From positions 8,628-72,627 of the IMG/VR virus record IMGVR_UViG_3300014205_000214: a DNA stretch of 64,000 nt, one strand, 5' to 3'. The position numbers and the translations under genes were made by a program. Below the pieces are notes generated by a model. That model made no database searches, was not told the origin of the DNA, and saw only the letters and a list, made by a program, of their open reading frames with translations. The number at the start of each line of letters is the position of its first letter. The first letter of the stretch is position 1. The DNA is from a virus (taxonomy: Duplodnaviria > Caudoviricetes). Of this stretch, positions 54,652 to 64,000 are shown piece after piece.

Positions 54652-55953
54652 ATGATAATTTTTGATAAAGAAAAGAAGGATGGATTAGAAGAGATTCTTT
54701 TATCTAAAGCATCTGTTCATCTAGACTGTCAATTAAAACCCCAATTAAACATCTCAAAAGCATCCAAGAATGAAAGCTTAGATATTTATAATCTTGACTG
54801 CATTCTTGTTTCAATTGGTTGGAATGAAAATGACGATGTTTTTGATAAAGTTGAAACGTGGAAAGCAAGGGCGACCCCAATTAATAAACGTTTTAATTTT
54901 ATGCATAATGAAAAAGATATTATTGGACATATTACCAGAGCAGAAGTTATAGATACTGATGGTAATATAATTCCAGATGATACTAAAGAAGAAGATTTAC
55001 CGGATTTTTTCGAAATTTCTGTTGGATCAGTTCTTTATTCATTTTGGGAAGATAAAGAATTACAAAGTAGAGCGAATTCACTTATTCAGGAAATTCCTGA
55101 TGGTAAATGGTTTGTTTCAATGGAAGTTCTTTTTCCAAGCTTTGATTATGCATTAGCTAAAGGTAATGAACATAAAATTATAGAAAGAAATCAGGAAACA
55201 TCTTTCTTAACAAAATATCTTCGAATTTACAATGGTAAAGGCGAATATGAAGGATGGAAGGTCGGAAGGAAATTAAAAAACATGTTTTTCAGCGGGAATG
55301 CTCTTGTGAACAACCCTGCTAATAAACGTTCATTAATCACTTCTTTTAATTTCAACGGAGCGCAAGCTTCTACAAGTATTTTTAACGAGGTAAACATGGC
55401 CGTAGATCAAAAAGATTACGACAAAACGGTTGCTGAACTTGCTGTCTCCCAAAAAGATGTACAATCAGTAACTAGCGAAAGAGACTTACTTAAAGCTAAT
55501 GCTGAATCACTTAAAAATGATTTAGATAGCTCAAAAGTTTTAAATGTTGAGCTTAAGAAAGAACTAGAAGTTCTTAAAGCAGATGCAGCTAAGAAAGACG
55601 AAAAGCTTTCTGAAGTTAATAAGAGTTTAGCTGAAATTTTAGATAAGGTTAAAGAACAATCTAGAGTTTCCACATTAGTATCCGAAGGCGTTGAAAAAGC
55701 AAAAGCTGAAGAATTAGTTCTTAAGTTTTCAAAAGCTTCTGATGAAATGTTTGGCGAAGTTGTTAATCTTTATAAGACTAACAAGCCACAAGAAAAGAAT
55801 TCAGTAGAAACTGAAACAAAGAATTTAGAAGTAACTAAAGCAGAAAAAGCAGAAGCAGAACTTCTAATCGAAACTAAAGTTGATGAATCTGACAAGCTAT
55901 TAGAATCAGCATCAGCTTATATCAAAACTTTTTTCAACAAAGGTGCTAAATAA
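54652..55953 (+). CDS. prohead protease-scaffold fusion (putative)
   Basis: N-terminal globular domain (FNFMH...IIGH, VSME, F.G.ALV..PA) plus a long acidic coiled coil; between portal and capsid. Confidence 0.6.
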   Translation: MIIFDKEKKDGLEEILLSKASVHLDCQLKPQLNISKASKNESLDIYNLDCILVSIGWNENDDVFDKVETWKARATPINKRFNFMHNEKDIIGHITRAEVIDTDGNIIPDDTKEEDLPDFFEISVGSVLYSFWEDKELQSRANSLIQEIPDGKWFVSMEVLFPSFDYALAKGNEHKIIERNQETSFLTKYLRIYNGKGEYEGWKVGRKLKNMFFSGNALVNNPANKRSLITSFNFNGAQASTSIFNEVNMAVDQKDYDKTVAELAVSQKDVQSVTSERDLLKANAESLKNDLDSSKVLNVELKKELEVLKADAAKKDEKLSEVNKSLAEILDKVKEQSRVSTLVSEGVEKAKAEELVLKFSKASDEMFGEVVNLYKTNKPQEKNSVETETKNLEVTKAEKAEAELLIETKVDESDKLLESASAYIKTFFNKGAK

Positions 55954-56408
55954 TGCTAAAGCCTGATCGCAATCTAACCCAATGGGTTTTTAATTATAAA
56001 GCTGGGGCAGCAGCTACTAAAGGCGGTCTAGTTTCAGCTAGTACTTCCGCTTCTGGTGTTGGTGCTAATGGTCCAGCTACTGCCGATTATGTTGCTAATC
56101 CATCTGGAGCATTTGTTCTAGGTGTTCTTTTAGATGACGTAGAAGTTCTTCACGCTATGATGGACAGAAATCATTTTTCTGAAACCGTCGGAGTTGGTGA
56201 TCAAGTCAGTATTGGTTCTGAAGGCTGGGTTGTTACCGATATGGTATATCCTGGTGTTACTCCTACTGCTGGTCAAACAGCGTACTTAGGTCATAGTGGT
56301 TACTTCACTAATACACAAACTCCTGCTCAAGCTCCAAAAGTTGGTCGCTTTGAGACTTCAAAAGATGAAGACGGGTTTGCTAAAATCTCTCTTAATATTC
56401 CTCTATAA
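55953..56408 (+). CDS. head decoration / minor capsid protein (putative)
   Basis: Gly/Ala-rich beta protein immediately before the MCP. Confidence 0.5.
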   Translation: MLKPDRNLTQWVFNYKAGAAATKGGLVSASTSASGVGANGPATADYVANPSGAFVLGVLLDDVEVLHAMMDRNHFSETVGVGDQVSIGSEGWVVTDMVYPGVTPTAGQTAYLGHSGYFTNTQTPAQAPKVGRFETSKDEDGFAKISLNIPL

Positions 56409-56416
56409 GGTGAAAA

Positions 56417-57415
56417 ATGAATTCATTATTTAATAAACCTCCAGCTCACCTTGCAGAACTTATGAAGAAAGCTGGAGATTCAGATCCATATGTAGCATGG
56501 CCTCATCAAAGATTATTTGCTAAAGCTATTAGCCTTCCTTTGGAAGAAGCTCTTTTAGCTGGCGATATTCTTGGTGGTCTTTTTCAAACTATTAACCTAA
56601 CTAATGGTGAAAGTTTAGATTATCCTTTAGATCTATTAAACCCAGGCGATGAAGAAGACTTTATTGCTTATGTTTGTCCAGATCAGGGTAGAATTCCTGA
56701 AAGACAAATCAGTGGAGATTATCTACACTTGAGAACTTACAGAATTGCTAACTCTATTGATATGATTTTAAGAATCATCAGAGATGCAAACTGGGATGTT
56801 CTTGGTAGAGCACTTCAAATTATGCAAGCTGGTTTCGTACAAAAGATGAACGTTGACGGATGGAGAACTATAATTAGCTCTGCTGAAAGTCGCGGTCTTG
56901 AAATTTATGACTCCGCTGCAACTGCCGGTGTTTTCTCACGAAGATTACTTTCTTTAATGAAGATTGAGTTTCGTAGAAATGGTGGTACTTTTACTCACGT
57001 TAATCGTAGAAAAATGACCCACTTAGTACTTTCTCCAGAAGGCGTTGAAGATATTCGCCTTTGGGGTGCTACTGAAGTTGACGATTTAACCCGTAGAGAT
57101 CTTTTCTTAATGTCAGATGGGACTATTCCTACTATTGCTGGTGTTAAGCTTATGGATCTTGACGAATTTGGTGTAGGCCAATCCTTAAATGATTACTACG
57201 TCGAAGTTAAAGGTTCTGCTATTGGTAACTCTAAATTAGAAATTGCTATTGGTATGGACATGAACAATCCAGCACTAGTTATGCCTGTTAGAGAAGCTCT
57301 CATGGTAACTAATGATCCAATGCTTCACAGAAGTCAAAAAGCTGGTTTCTATGGTTGGTTCGAAGGTGGATTCGCTTCATTAGACAACAGAAACTTACTT
57401 GTAGGCGCTTATTAA
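56417..57415 (+). CDS. major capsid protein
   Basis: 332 aa, synteny, followed by a terminator, biased codon use. Confidence 0.75.
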   Translation: MNSLFNKPPAHLAELMKKAGDSDPYVAWPHQRLFAKAISLPLEEALLAGDILGGLFQTINLTNGESLDYPLDLLNPGDEEDFIAYVCPDQGRIPERQISGDYLHLRTYRIANSIDMILRIIRDANWDVLGRALQIMQAGFVQKMNVDGWRTIISSAESRGLEIYDSAATAGVFSRRLLSLMKIEFRRNGGTFTHVNRRKMTHLVLSPEGVEDIRLWGATEVDDLTRRDLFLMSDGTIPTIAGVKLMDLDEFGVGQSLNDYYVEVKGSAIGNSKLEIAIGMDMNNPALVMPVREALMVTNDPMLHRSQKAGFYGWFEGGFASLDNRNLLVGAY

Positions 57416-57447
57416 GCTTATATAGTAATATTATTCTAGGATATAAT

Positions 57448-57485
57448 AAGGATAGAGGTTTTATTACTTCTATCCTTTTTTTATT
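57448..57485 (+). terminator. intrinsic terminator after the MCP
   Basis: AAGGATAGA/TCTATCCTT stem plus T-run. Confidence 0.75.
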
Positions 57486-57506
57486 AAATACTAACATGGA
57501 TATCTT

Positions 57507-60290
57507 ATGTCAAATAATAGTATAATTCCAGGTGTTCAAGGTAACGGAACACTATTTAATAAATTAGGACTTGTTAAAAGGAATTTAACAGAAGATCTTA
57601 ATCAGGGTTTAAAGAACCCTTGGCATTATTTAGATACTGCTGGATTAGCTATTGATGCTAATATTGGTGATGGTTCAACCAATTCTAGAGCAGCTTTAAC
57701 TGCTGCTGATGCAGATGGACCAATAACCCTTCCTCCAGGAACATATGCAGTTGCCACTAATCTAACACTGACGAATAACGTAAAATTTGAACCAGGAGCT
57801 GTGTTCAAACCGGCAAGTGGGGTAGCTCTTACAATTCCAAGTTTCACCGCCGATGATACACAACAGGTGTTTGATCTTAGTGCTGGCGGAACAGTAGTAG
57901 TAACAAACCAAAAATATGTTACAATTAATCACTACGGTGCCGTAGGGGATGGAGTGACAGACAATGTTACTATTATTGATACGGTATTAGAACTGTACAA
58001 AAATTCAGAAGTTCCCATATATGTACCTAAAGGATCATTCCTGTGTTCTGATTCACTAATCACTGGAGGTAGTGGAACTGGGCACATTAACATATTTGGT
58101 GGTGGTAAAGATAGTGAAATATACTTTACTGGAGCAACTGATGCAGCTATAGATAATGGTACTATGGCTTACGTAAAGATTGAAAATCTTAAAATACGTG
58201 GAAATAATATTGATGCTCATGGCATAAGATGTTATGTCACAACAAATGATGTAACAATCGAAAACTGTGATGTATCAGGATTCGGAACAACAACAGGAAA
58301 TGGTGGTCAGATTTACTGTGAGGATGTAGATAAAGTCACAATCATTAGGAATGAGTGTTATGATGGTGGTGGTACTACATCGCTGCAACGAGACATACTA
58401 TTACTAAACTGTACAGACATTACAGTTATTGGTAATAGAACCCTCTCTGAGAACAGTGAGGGGATCTCAATATCCGCTACAACTACCACAAGAATGAATG
58501 GTGTAGTTCTAGGAAATACATCAAAGTATCACCATAGGCATGGAATCATTCTGTCTTATGACGGAGATATCTCTGAGTTATCAGTAGTTGGAAACTATAT
58601 AGATGATTGTTGGTACACTGGAATCTATGTAGCTGCTGGTACATCCGAACCAAACATTTCTTACGTTGGAAATTTATCTATCACATCTAACACTGTTATG
58701 AATTGTGCTGGTGGTGATGCTGGAGATGGTAATGGGAACGCAAGTATACACTTAGGGGGTAGAGCTGGAGGAACATGCTCGGCTAACACAATCATAAACT
58801 CCGGCTACGACACTACTGGAGCCGCAAGGGGAGGTACATCGCTAGGTAGGGGTATACTCCTAGGATATGCCGCCAACTGGTCTCTCACTGGAAATACCAT
58901 CAAGAACTCAATGCGAGCAGCTATTGAAACTCATAGCGGGTCAGACTGTGAAAATACGACAATAGTTGGGAATACCTTAGTAGATGCCGGGCTTGCCCTG
59001 CTCTTCTTTGCTAATTCGGGTGGCACCCCTTACAAGAGAAATATTCTTGTATCAAGCAATGTGCTTCGTCAAGATGAAGTTGATAGCGATGCGATTCGCA
59101 TGTACGAAGATGGTGAAGGTCAGCAAATCACTTTCACTAACAACCTGATCTATGGAAACAAAGCAGGAACATCAAAATCGGCACTACTATTCTCTTTAGC
59201 TGAACGTGCCCATAACATAATCTTCGAGAACAACACTCTTCAAAATTGGGATATCGGTATCAATTTTGATGCAGACTCCGGAACTGAAGAAGATTGGACC
59301 ATAGGTATTGGATTACGACTTGAAAACAACAAGTACTCCAATGTCACTACCCCATTTGGGATTCGAACAGGAGTATACGCAGCTGTTGGTCAGAAAAACA
59401 TATTCACATCTTGCCTACCTGGATATAATGCTTATATACTAGAAGCGGCAATAACCAACAATCGTCTAGACGGCTTTGTAACGACTTTGCCAACTAGAAA
59501 TTGCCGCAACGGGGATAAGCTAGTAACATACGATATTCCAGCGAAAGTTTTTATCAATAACACGGCTACTCCAACAGCAGTTACGATAACCAACTCATCT
59601 GCCGCTAGTGATACCTTAACAATTACGGCTCACGGTTTAACTGTAGGCCAACGAGTAAGAGCTGCCGGAAGTGTACCAGCACCATTGTATGTTAGTGGTG
59701 AATATTATATTCACACAGTGGTAGATGTAAACACTATCAAACTCTGCAATTTCCGAAATGCAACGTCAGCGATAGATATCACAGCGGATGCTGGAACAGG
59801 AACGCTTCAAGTTCTAGAAGCAACACCTAATTGGATAGAAGATCGCCCAACATATCTTGTTGAAGATACTGGTTCAGCCGGTGGAGTCACCAAAGTATTT
59901 ACTTTCACTAATGGACTCGGAACAACTAAAAAAGTTACTGCTACAGGAGCAATAGCTTTACAATTTATAGCTACCCTACCAGGATTCTATAATGTCATTG
60001 TAGAAATGGATGGCACAGGCAGTCACGCAATAACCTATGCAACCACAGTAGTAGGACAAGCCCCTCCGATCTATACCGCTGCTTCAGCAAAGACTTTAAT
60101 TCCACTGTTCTACGATGGAACTACATGGTTTCATGTGGGTGCTCAATCAACTTTGAAATTCGGTACATATGAGACAGCTCCAATAGTACGTCCAGCAAGC
60201 ATTTCTGACGCAACTGGTAGTGTAGATGCACATGTTGTAGTCAACGATGTTTTAACTGTACTACGAAACCTTGGATTAATTGCACCATAA
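57507..60290 (+). CDS. right-handed beta-helix (pectate-lyase-like) virion spike/depolymerase
   Basis: YGAVGDGVTD motif, many I.GN repeats, C-terminal HGL.VG.RV domain. Confidence 0.8.
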   Translation: MSNNSIIPGVQGNGTLFNKLGLVKRNLTEDLNQGLKNPWHYLDTAGLAIDANIGDGSTNSRAALTAADADGPITLPPGTYAVATNLTLTNNVKFEPGAVFKPASGVALTIPSFTADDTQQVFDLSAGGTVVVTNQKYVTINHYGAVGDGVTDNVTIIDTVLELYKNSEVPIYVPKGSFLCSDSLITGGSGTGHINIFGGGKDSEIYFTGATDAAIDNGTMAYVKIENLKIRGNNIDAHGIRCYVTTNDVTIENCDVSGFGTTTGNGGQIYCEDVDKVTIIRNECYDGGGTTSLQRDILLLNCTDITVIGNRTLSENSEGISISATTTTRMNGVVLGNTSKYHHRHGIILSYDGDISELSVVGNYIDDCWYTGIYVAAGTSEPNISYVGNLSITSNTVMNCAGGDAGDGNGNASIHLGGRAGGTCSANTIINSGYDTTGAARGGTSLGRGILLGYAANWSLTGNTIKNSMRAAIETHSGSDCENTTIVGNTLVDAGLALLFFANSGGTPYKRNILVSSNVLRQDEVDSDAIRMYEDGEGQQITFTNNLIYGNKAGTSKSALLFSLAERAHNIIFENNTLQNWDIGINFDADSGTEEDWTIGIGLRLENNKYSNVTTPFGIRTGVYAAVGQKNIFTSCLPGYNAYILEAAITNNRLDGFVTTLPTRNCRNGDKLVTYDIPAKVFINNTATPTAVTITNSSAASDTLTITAHGLTVGQRVRAAGSVPAPLYVSGEYYIHTVVDVNTIKLCNFRNATSAIDITADAGTGTLQVLEATPNWIEDRPTYLVEDTGSAGGVTKVFTFTNGLGTTKKVTATGAIALQFIATLPGFYNVIVEMDGTGSHAITYATTVVGQAPPIYTAASAKTLIPLFYDGTTWFHVGAQSTLKFGTYETAPIVRPASISDATGSVDAHVVVNDVLTVLRNLGLIAP

Positions 60291-60299
60291 TAATACCTA

Positions 60300-60374
60300 C
60301 AGATACTATACCAACTTATGAAAAAAAATATTATCATACTCTTTTATGATGGAGCTACGTGGTTTCACGTATAA
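60300..60374 (+). pseudogene. degenerate duplicate of the spike C-terminal segment
   Basis: ILFYDGATWFHV-stop versus IPLFYDGTTWFHVG in the gene. Confidence 0.7.
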
Positions 60375-60377
60375 TAT

Positions 60378-60773
60378 ATGGCATATTCTTCTACATTTCC
60401 TTATACAGGTGCTAACGATTTATATGTTAAACCTGTTACAGATGGTTCCTTACCAAGTAATACTCCAGATTGGATTACAGATTCTATAGATTTTGTTGCT
60501 GCTGGATTTGGAGCAGTTTCATTTACAGGTTTAACAGATGGTCAAACTTATTGGGTTTTTGAAAAAATAGGTGGAACTAAAGCTTCTACAGATATTCTTT
60601 TAGGTGTTATAAATCCATCTTCTGATGTTTCAAGTCTTTCTTCTCAAATATCTTCTTTATCAACAGAAGTAGGAAAGATACCAAGGTCTTCTGGAGCAAT
60701 AGCTGCTGGTGGACCTTTTACAAGAAATAAGAATTATTCTGATTCAAACACCTTTATAGAATATCTACAATAA
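60378..60773 (+). CDS. virion-associated hypothetical protein
   Basis: S/T/G-rich, within the structural operon. Confidence 0.6.
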   Translation: MAYSSTFPYTGANDLYVKPVTDGSLPSNTPDWITDSIDFVAAGFGAVSFTGLTDGQTYWVFEKIGGTKASTDILLGVINPSSDVSSLSSQISSLSTEVGKIPRSSGAIAAGGPFTRNKNYSDSNTFIEYLQ

Positions 60774-60784
60774 GAGTATATATT
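60774..60784 (+). promoter_or_regulatory. putative late promoter (variant)
   Basis: GAGTATATATT. Confidence 0.5.
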
Positions 60785-60815
60785 AATAGATCAAAATTTT
60801 TAAGTTAGGTATATT

Positions 60816-61097
60816 ATGATTTTTAAAATAACAGCAACCGGTACGGGTACAACTCCAGATAATCAAGTTATTACTTTGTCAGATGGTATTTGGAATATTT
60901 TTCTTTATTCTGCTACTTGGGGATCTGCTACTTTAGAAGTTAGTAATGATTCAGAATGGTTTACTGTTACAGAAGCTGGAGAAACTGTAACTTTTACTGC
61001 AAATACTGTTAAAGAAATTAATGGCGGATTAACTTTAAGATTAAATGTTTCAGCTTATACTGCTGATATTGTTGCAATTGTTAAAAAAGTAATATAA
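60816..61097 (+). CDS. small beta-rich virion protein
   Basis: 93 aa, T-rich. Confidence 0.6.
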   Translation: MIFKITATGTGTTPDNQVITLSDGIWNIFLYSATWGSATLEVSNDSEWFTVTEAGETVTFTANTVKEINGGLTLRLNVSAYTADIVAIVKKVI

Positions 61098-63575
61098 ATG
61101 ATTAGAGATATTATTAGAGATATTACTAGGGATATATTAAGAGATGTTTCTGGAAACAGAGCCGGTTCTACTTTTACTCCAGAAAGTTTAGCAGATTTAA
61201 TACAATTTGCTTTAAATGGCTCTACTCCCTATTACTCAGCTACGAAACTTAATAATTTTGAGTTGCTCAGTTCATTAGAGCCTTACGACGACTATCGAGC
61301 ACCTAGGCAAGGACGATACTGGCTGCTTGATGGTAGTGATGATTACGGAGTAAACGACAGCCTATCAGTGTGTTTGACGGCCGATTTTACTATAGCGTTG
61401 TCTGCGAAAGACTTAACGACTAGCGGCTATTTTATATCGGCCAGTAACAGTAGTTCATTGATGGTTTGGTTTAACAACTCAACCACATTAAACCTTGGGA
61501 ACGCTACTGGTTGGGCGACCTTTCCAATAAACACAACTGCCGCTGCTGATTACATTATTCAGCACGACACAAATGAAGCGGGCTTTAATCGCTGGAAATT
61601 ACTGGTCAATGGCGTTTCTGTCAGCCGTGCATCAACAACCGGCAGCTACCTACAGCCCACCAATGCAACCCCGTTCAATATTGGCCGACGCACAGGTGGC
61701 TCTCTGTACATAGGAATAAAGGCGTGGGGCGTTGGATTCTGGACTGGACTTAAAACGTACGCTCAGGTTCAAGATCGCGACTCCACGAACTTAGTGGCCT
61801 TCTATCCATGCAACGAAGAATCAGGCACTGTGGGCTATGACATTGGCCCCGATGCTCGACACCTGACTTTGACGAACATCACGCAAGCGACGTTCCATGC
61901 GGCGGATACAGGGATCACGAGGAATCGGAATAACCCGGTTGGCTACTCAGCTCTACGGAATTGGGTTAAATACAGTGAGGACTTGACCAACGCAGCATGG
62001 ACCAAGCGCAATGGTGCTGCCGTTACAACGGTTGCGGTTACTGGACCGAGCGGGCAAGCAACAACGAATCGATTGACCACCCCAGGGTCAAATACAACGT
62101 ACGAAGATGTGTTGGAACTCTCATCGACGGGTGAAGTAGCCGCAGACAGCTTCGTAGACCTACGGTTTTACCTACGAGACAATGGATCGGCCAAGCGGAT
62201 CTTGGGTGTAGGCAATAGACTAGATTCGTCACGCGGCGGTTGGAGCATAAACCTTGACCTGCTCGATCCAGGATGGAATCTAATAACGTCAAGCCACCCA
62301 TCCGTTTCCGTTACAAATCAGTTTAGGGCAACGGCCACCGGGACGTTTGGACCTGGGTTCGGAAATTTATCAGCAAGCACGACAGGACACGATGTCTACA
62401 TTGATGAAGTACAGGCAACTCCAGTTGGTTATGCAGACGGGTACGTTAAGACAACCGCTACGAGATTGGTTAATCAGTACATTCCCAAACGGCTCAGTAG
62501 CAGTTTAGCAGCAGACGGCAACGCATTGACGGTGGAGGGCCAAAGCCCATATCCAATTACAGTGGAGACTCCGTGCGTCACTGGGGATGGAAGTACGGTG
62601 TATGCGGATCTGGGAAGTGCGTTGATTCCGGCAACGGCGGATTTTAGTGTCTCGTTCTGGTTGTATGCTGATCCGTCAGGATCACTAAGGTATCCAATTT
62701 CACAATTGTCGGGAACTCTTTGGGGAATGTATCTAAATGGCTTGAATGCAGCACTTTACTTTTCAGATGGCGCAACAACAACGATATCAATTGCGGCAAA
62801 TACATGGTATCTAGTCGTCATTTCGCGTGTTGGAGATTTACATTCATTGAGCATCAATGGAGTAACTCAAAGTCGGACTAAGTCAGGATCAATAGCGACT
62901 GCTAATACTTGGCTCCTAGCCAGGAATGATAATTCTCTGTATTTCGGCGGTCGTATCGCCGACTTCAGCATCACCACCGGAGGCGTCACCACATACTTCC
63001 CGCTCCAAGACGGTCCCGGCTCATCCAACACCAATCGCAACCTAGCCTACTACAAGTCCGATGGCACCTATGGCGTAGTATCAAACGCCATAGTCAACGG
63101 CACGGTAGCAAACATCTGGGCTAATCGTTGCCCTGGCTACGTGAGAGATCATTGCATTGAGTACGGCGGTCGACTGGGAGCTGGCGGAGAGTTTATCCTT
63201 GGCGTTCCAAACACTTCAATATGTGCTGACGGTGCTGCTAAAACCTTGCTTCCAGGATACTTTGCAAATCCATTCTCAAGAGTAAACTTTAATCCTTTTA
63301 CTGCTGCTGAGCTAAACGGTTTAGGATTAGAAACAGCTTATTCAGTAGGACAAGATAGACAATCTGTAAGTCCTGCTAATACTAAATTCAGAAGAGTTGG
63401 TGATGATCGCTTTATAACTCTAAGTCAAGCTGCTACTGGTTCAGCTTTAAACAAACTTAACATATATGTAGGAAATACGTTACCAGTTCTACCTTCAGGA
63501 AAAGTATTTATTATTGATAACGATGGTAACTACTTAATTGATTCTAGTGGTAATTATATAATAGGTGACGAATAA
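61098..63575 (+). CDS. LamG/ConA-like lectin-domain virion fibre
   Basis: Two LamG-like modules (FDGxDDY-like, DFS.S.W, GG.IADF), N...YSEDL..AAW module, C-terminal IDNDGNYLIDSSGNYI. Confidence 0.7.
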   Translation: MIRDIIRDITRDILRDVSGNRAGSTFTPESLADLIQFALNGSTPYYSATKLNNFELLSSLEPYDDYRAPRQGRYWLLDGSDDYGVNDSLSVCLTADFTIALSAKDLTTSGYFISASNSSSLMVWFNNSTTLNLGNATGWATFPINTTAAADYIIQHDTNEAGFNRWKLLVNGVSVSRASTTGSYLQPTNATPFNIGRRTGGSLYIGIKAWGVGFWTGLKTYAQVQDRDSTNLVAFYPCNEESGTVGYDIGPDARHLTLTNITQATFHAADTGITRNRNNPVGYSALRNWVKYSEDLTNAAWTKRNGAAVTTVAVTGPSGQATTNRLTTPGSNTTYEDVLELSSTGEVAADSFVDLRFYLRDNGSAKRILGVGNRLDSSRGGWSINLDLLDPGWNLITSSHPSVSVTNQFRATATGTFGPGFGNLSASTTGHDVYIDEVQATPVGYADGYVKTTATRLVNQYIPKRLSSSLAADGNALTVEGQSPYPITVETPCVTGDGSTVYADLGSALIPATADFSVSFWLYADPSGSLRYPISQLSGTLWGMYLNGLNAALYFSDGATTTISIAANTWYLVVISRVGDLHSLSINGVTQSRTKSGSIATANTWLLARNDNSLYFGGRIADFSITTGGVTTYFPLQDGPGSSNTNRNLAYYKSDGTYGVVSNAIVNGTVANIWANRCPGYVRDHCIEYGGRLGAGGEFILGVPNTSICADGAAKTLLPGYFANPFSRVNFNPFTAAELNGLGLETAYSVGQDRQSVSPANTKFRRVGDDRFITLSQAATGSALNKLNIYVGNTLPVLPSGKVFIIDNDGNYLIDSSGNYIIGDE

Positions 63576-64000
63576 TGGCAACAACTAAGAATATTAATGA
63601 TTTAATTACTACTCAAACAGTTGGTTGGGCAGATGCTTTGTTAACAAGGCTAGGTGCGGGGCATATTGGTAATGCCAACCGAATGACTCACTCTGTAGCT
63701 GGTGCTGCCTCTGCTCCGGCTGTGCATCTATCCGGTGCAATCTTCACGGGTGGTAGTGCAACAACCACCAAGCCGCAATTCTTAGTTGAACCTGCTGGTG
63801 CTACTAGTACGGGATGGGGAACGGCTGGGACGCTGATTGGTGCAAATGCCGCAAGTGGTTTTGCAGGGAACCTATTTGACGGCCAATTGAATGGTGTATC
63901 GAAGTTTAAAGTTGACTACACAGGTGTCGCCACGCATTTTATCAATGGTTTGGCAGTAAAAGTTGGGGATAATGCTGGAATTGGAAACGGAATTGGATCG
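63575..64000 (+). CDS. virion fibre-like protein, truncated at the window edge
   Basis: TAATG coupling; MATTKNINDL... open to 64000; G/A/T-rich. Confidence 0.7.
   Translation, partial: MATTKNINDLITTQTVGWADALLTRLGAGHIGNANRMTHSVAGAASAPAVHLSGAIFTGGSATTTKPQFLVEPAGATSTGWGTAGTLIGANAASGFAGNLFDGQLNGVSKFKVDYTGVATHFINGLAVKVGDNAGIGNGIGS

Noticed and set aside
47069-62301. Minus-strand ORFs within the structural arm (47069, 53495, 53856, 55416, 57309, 57626, 60143, 62038)
   Set aside because: Shadows of well-supported plus-strand genes
1-64000. Genome-wide stop-codon reassignment (TAG or TGA to sense)
   Set aside because: Long structural genes (1057, 927, 825 aa) are intact in code 11 and several genes end cleanly in TAG; only isolated internal stops were found

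Overview
AT-rich window from a large tailed dsDNA phage, spanning the point where two transcription units diverge. Left arm (1-44.9 kb, almost all minus strand): an early/accessory region of small genes driven by at least 27 sigma70-type promoters (TTGACA/TATAAT), 25 of them with a 16-bp spacer. It encodes RuvB, a deaminase, an RNA-repair set (Pol-beta NTase, RNA ligase, kinase-phosphatase), a NARP1-like NAD+ pair whose NAMPT-like gene is split by a 1-nt frameshift, ArdC, a HicA-like peptide missed by the ORF track, two minimal kinases, several paralog families, tRNA-Arg(UCU) and a non-canonical tRNA-like RNA. Three endonuclease cassettes sit in the opposite orientation; two of them share a conserved overlapping 53-aa HTH ORF. 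At about 45.0-46.5 kb a GC-rich island with hairpins and repeats separates the arms (possible genome end or origin). Right arm (46.9-64 kb, plus strand): sigma-factor-like gene, candidate TerS, HNH, ERCC4 nuclease, TerL with a LAGLIDADG intein, portal, protease/scaffold, decoration protein, major capsid protein, then beta-helix and LamG virion fibres with mosaic GC content. The motif GAGTATTTAT precedes the late genes and all four leftward-arm endonucleases that carry their own promoter, and is the likely late promoter. All family assignments come from motif recognition by eye; no database search was run.
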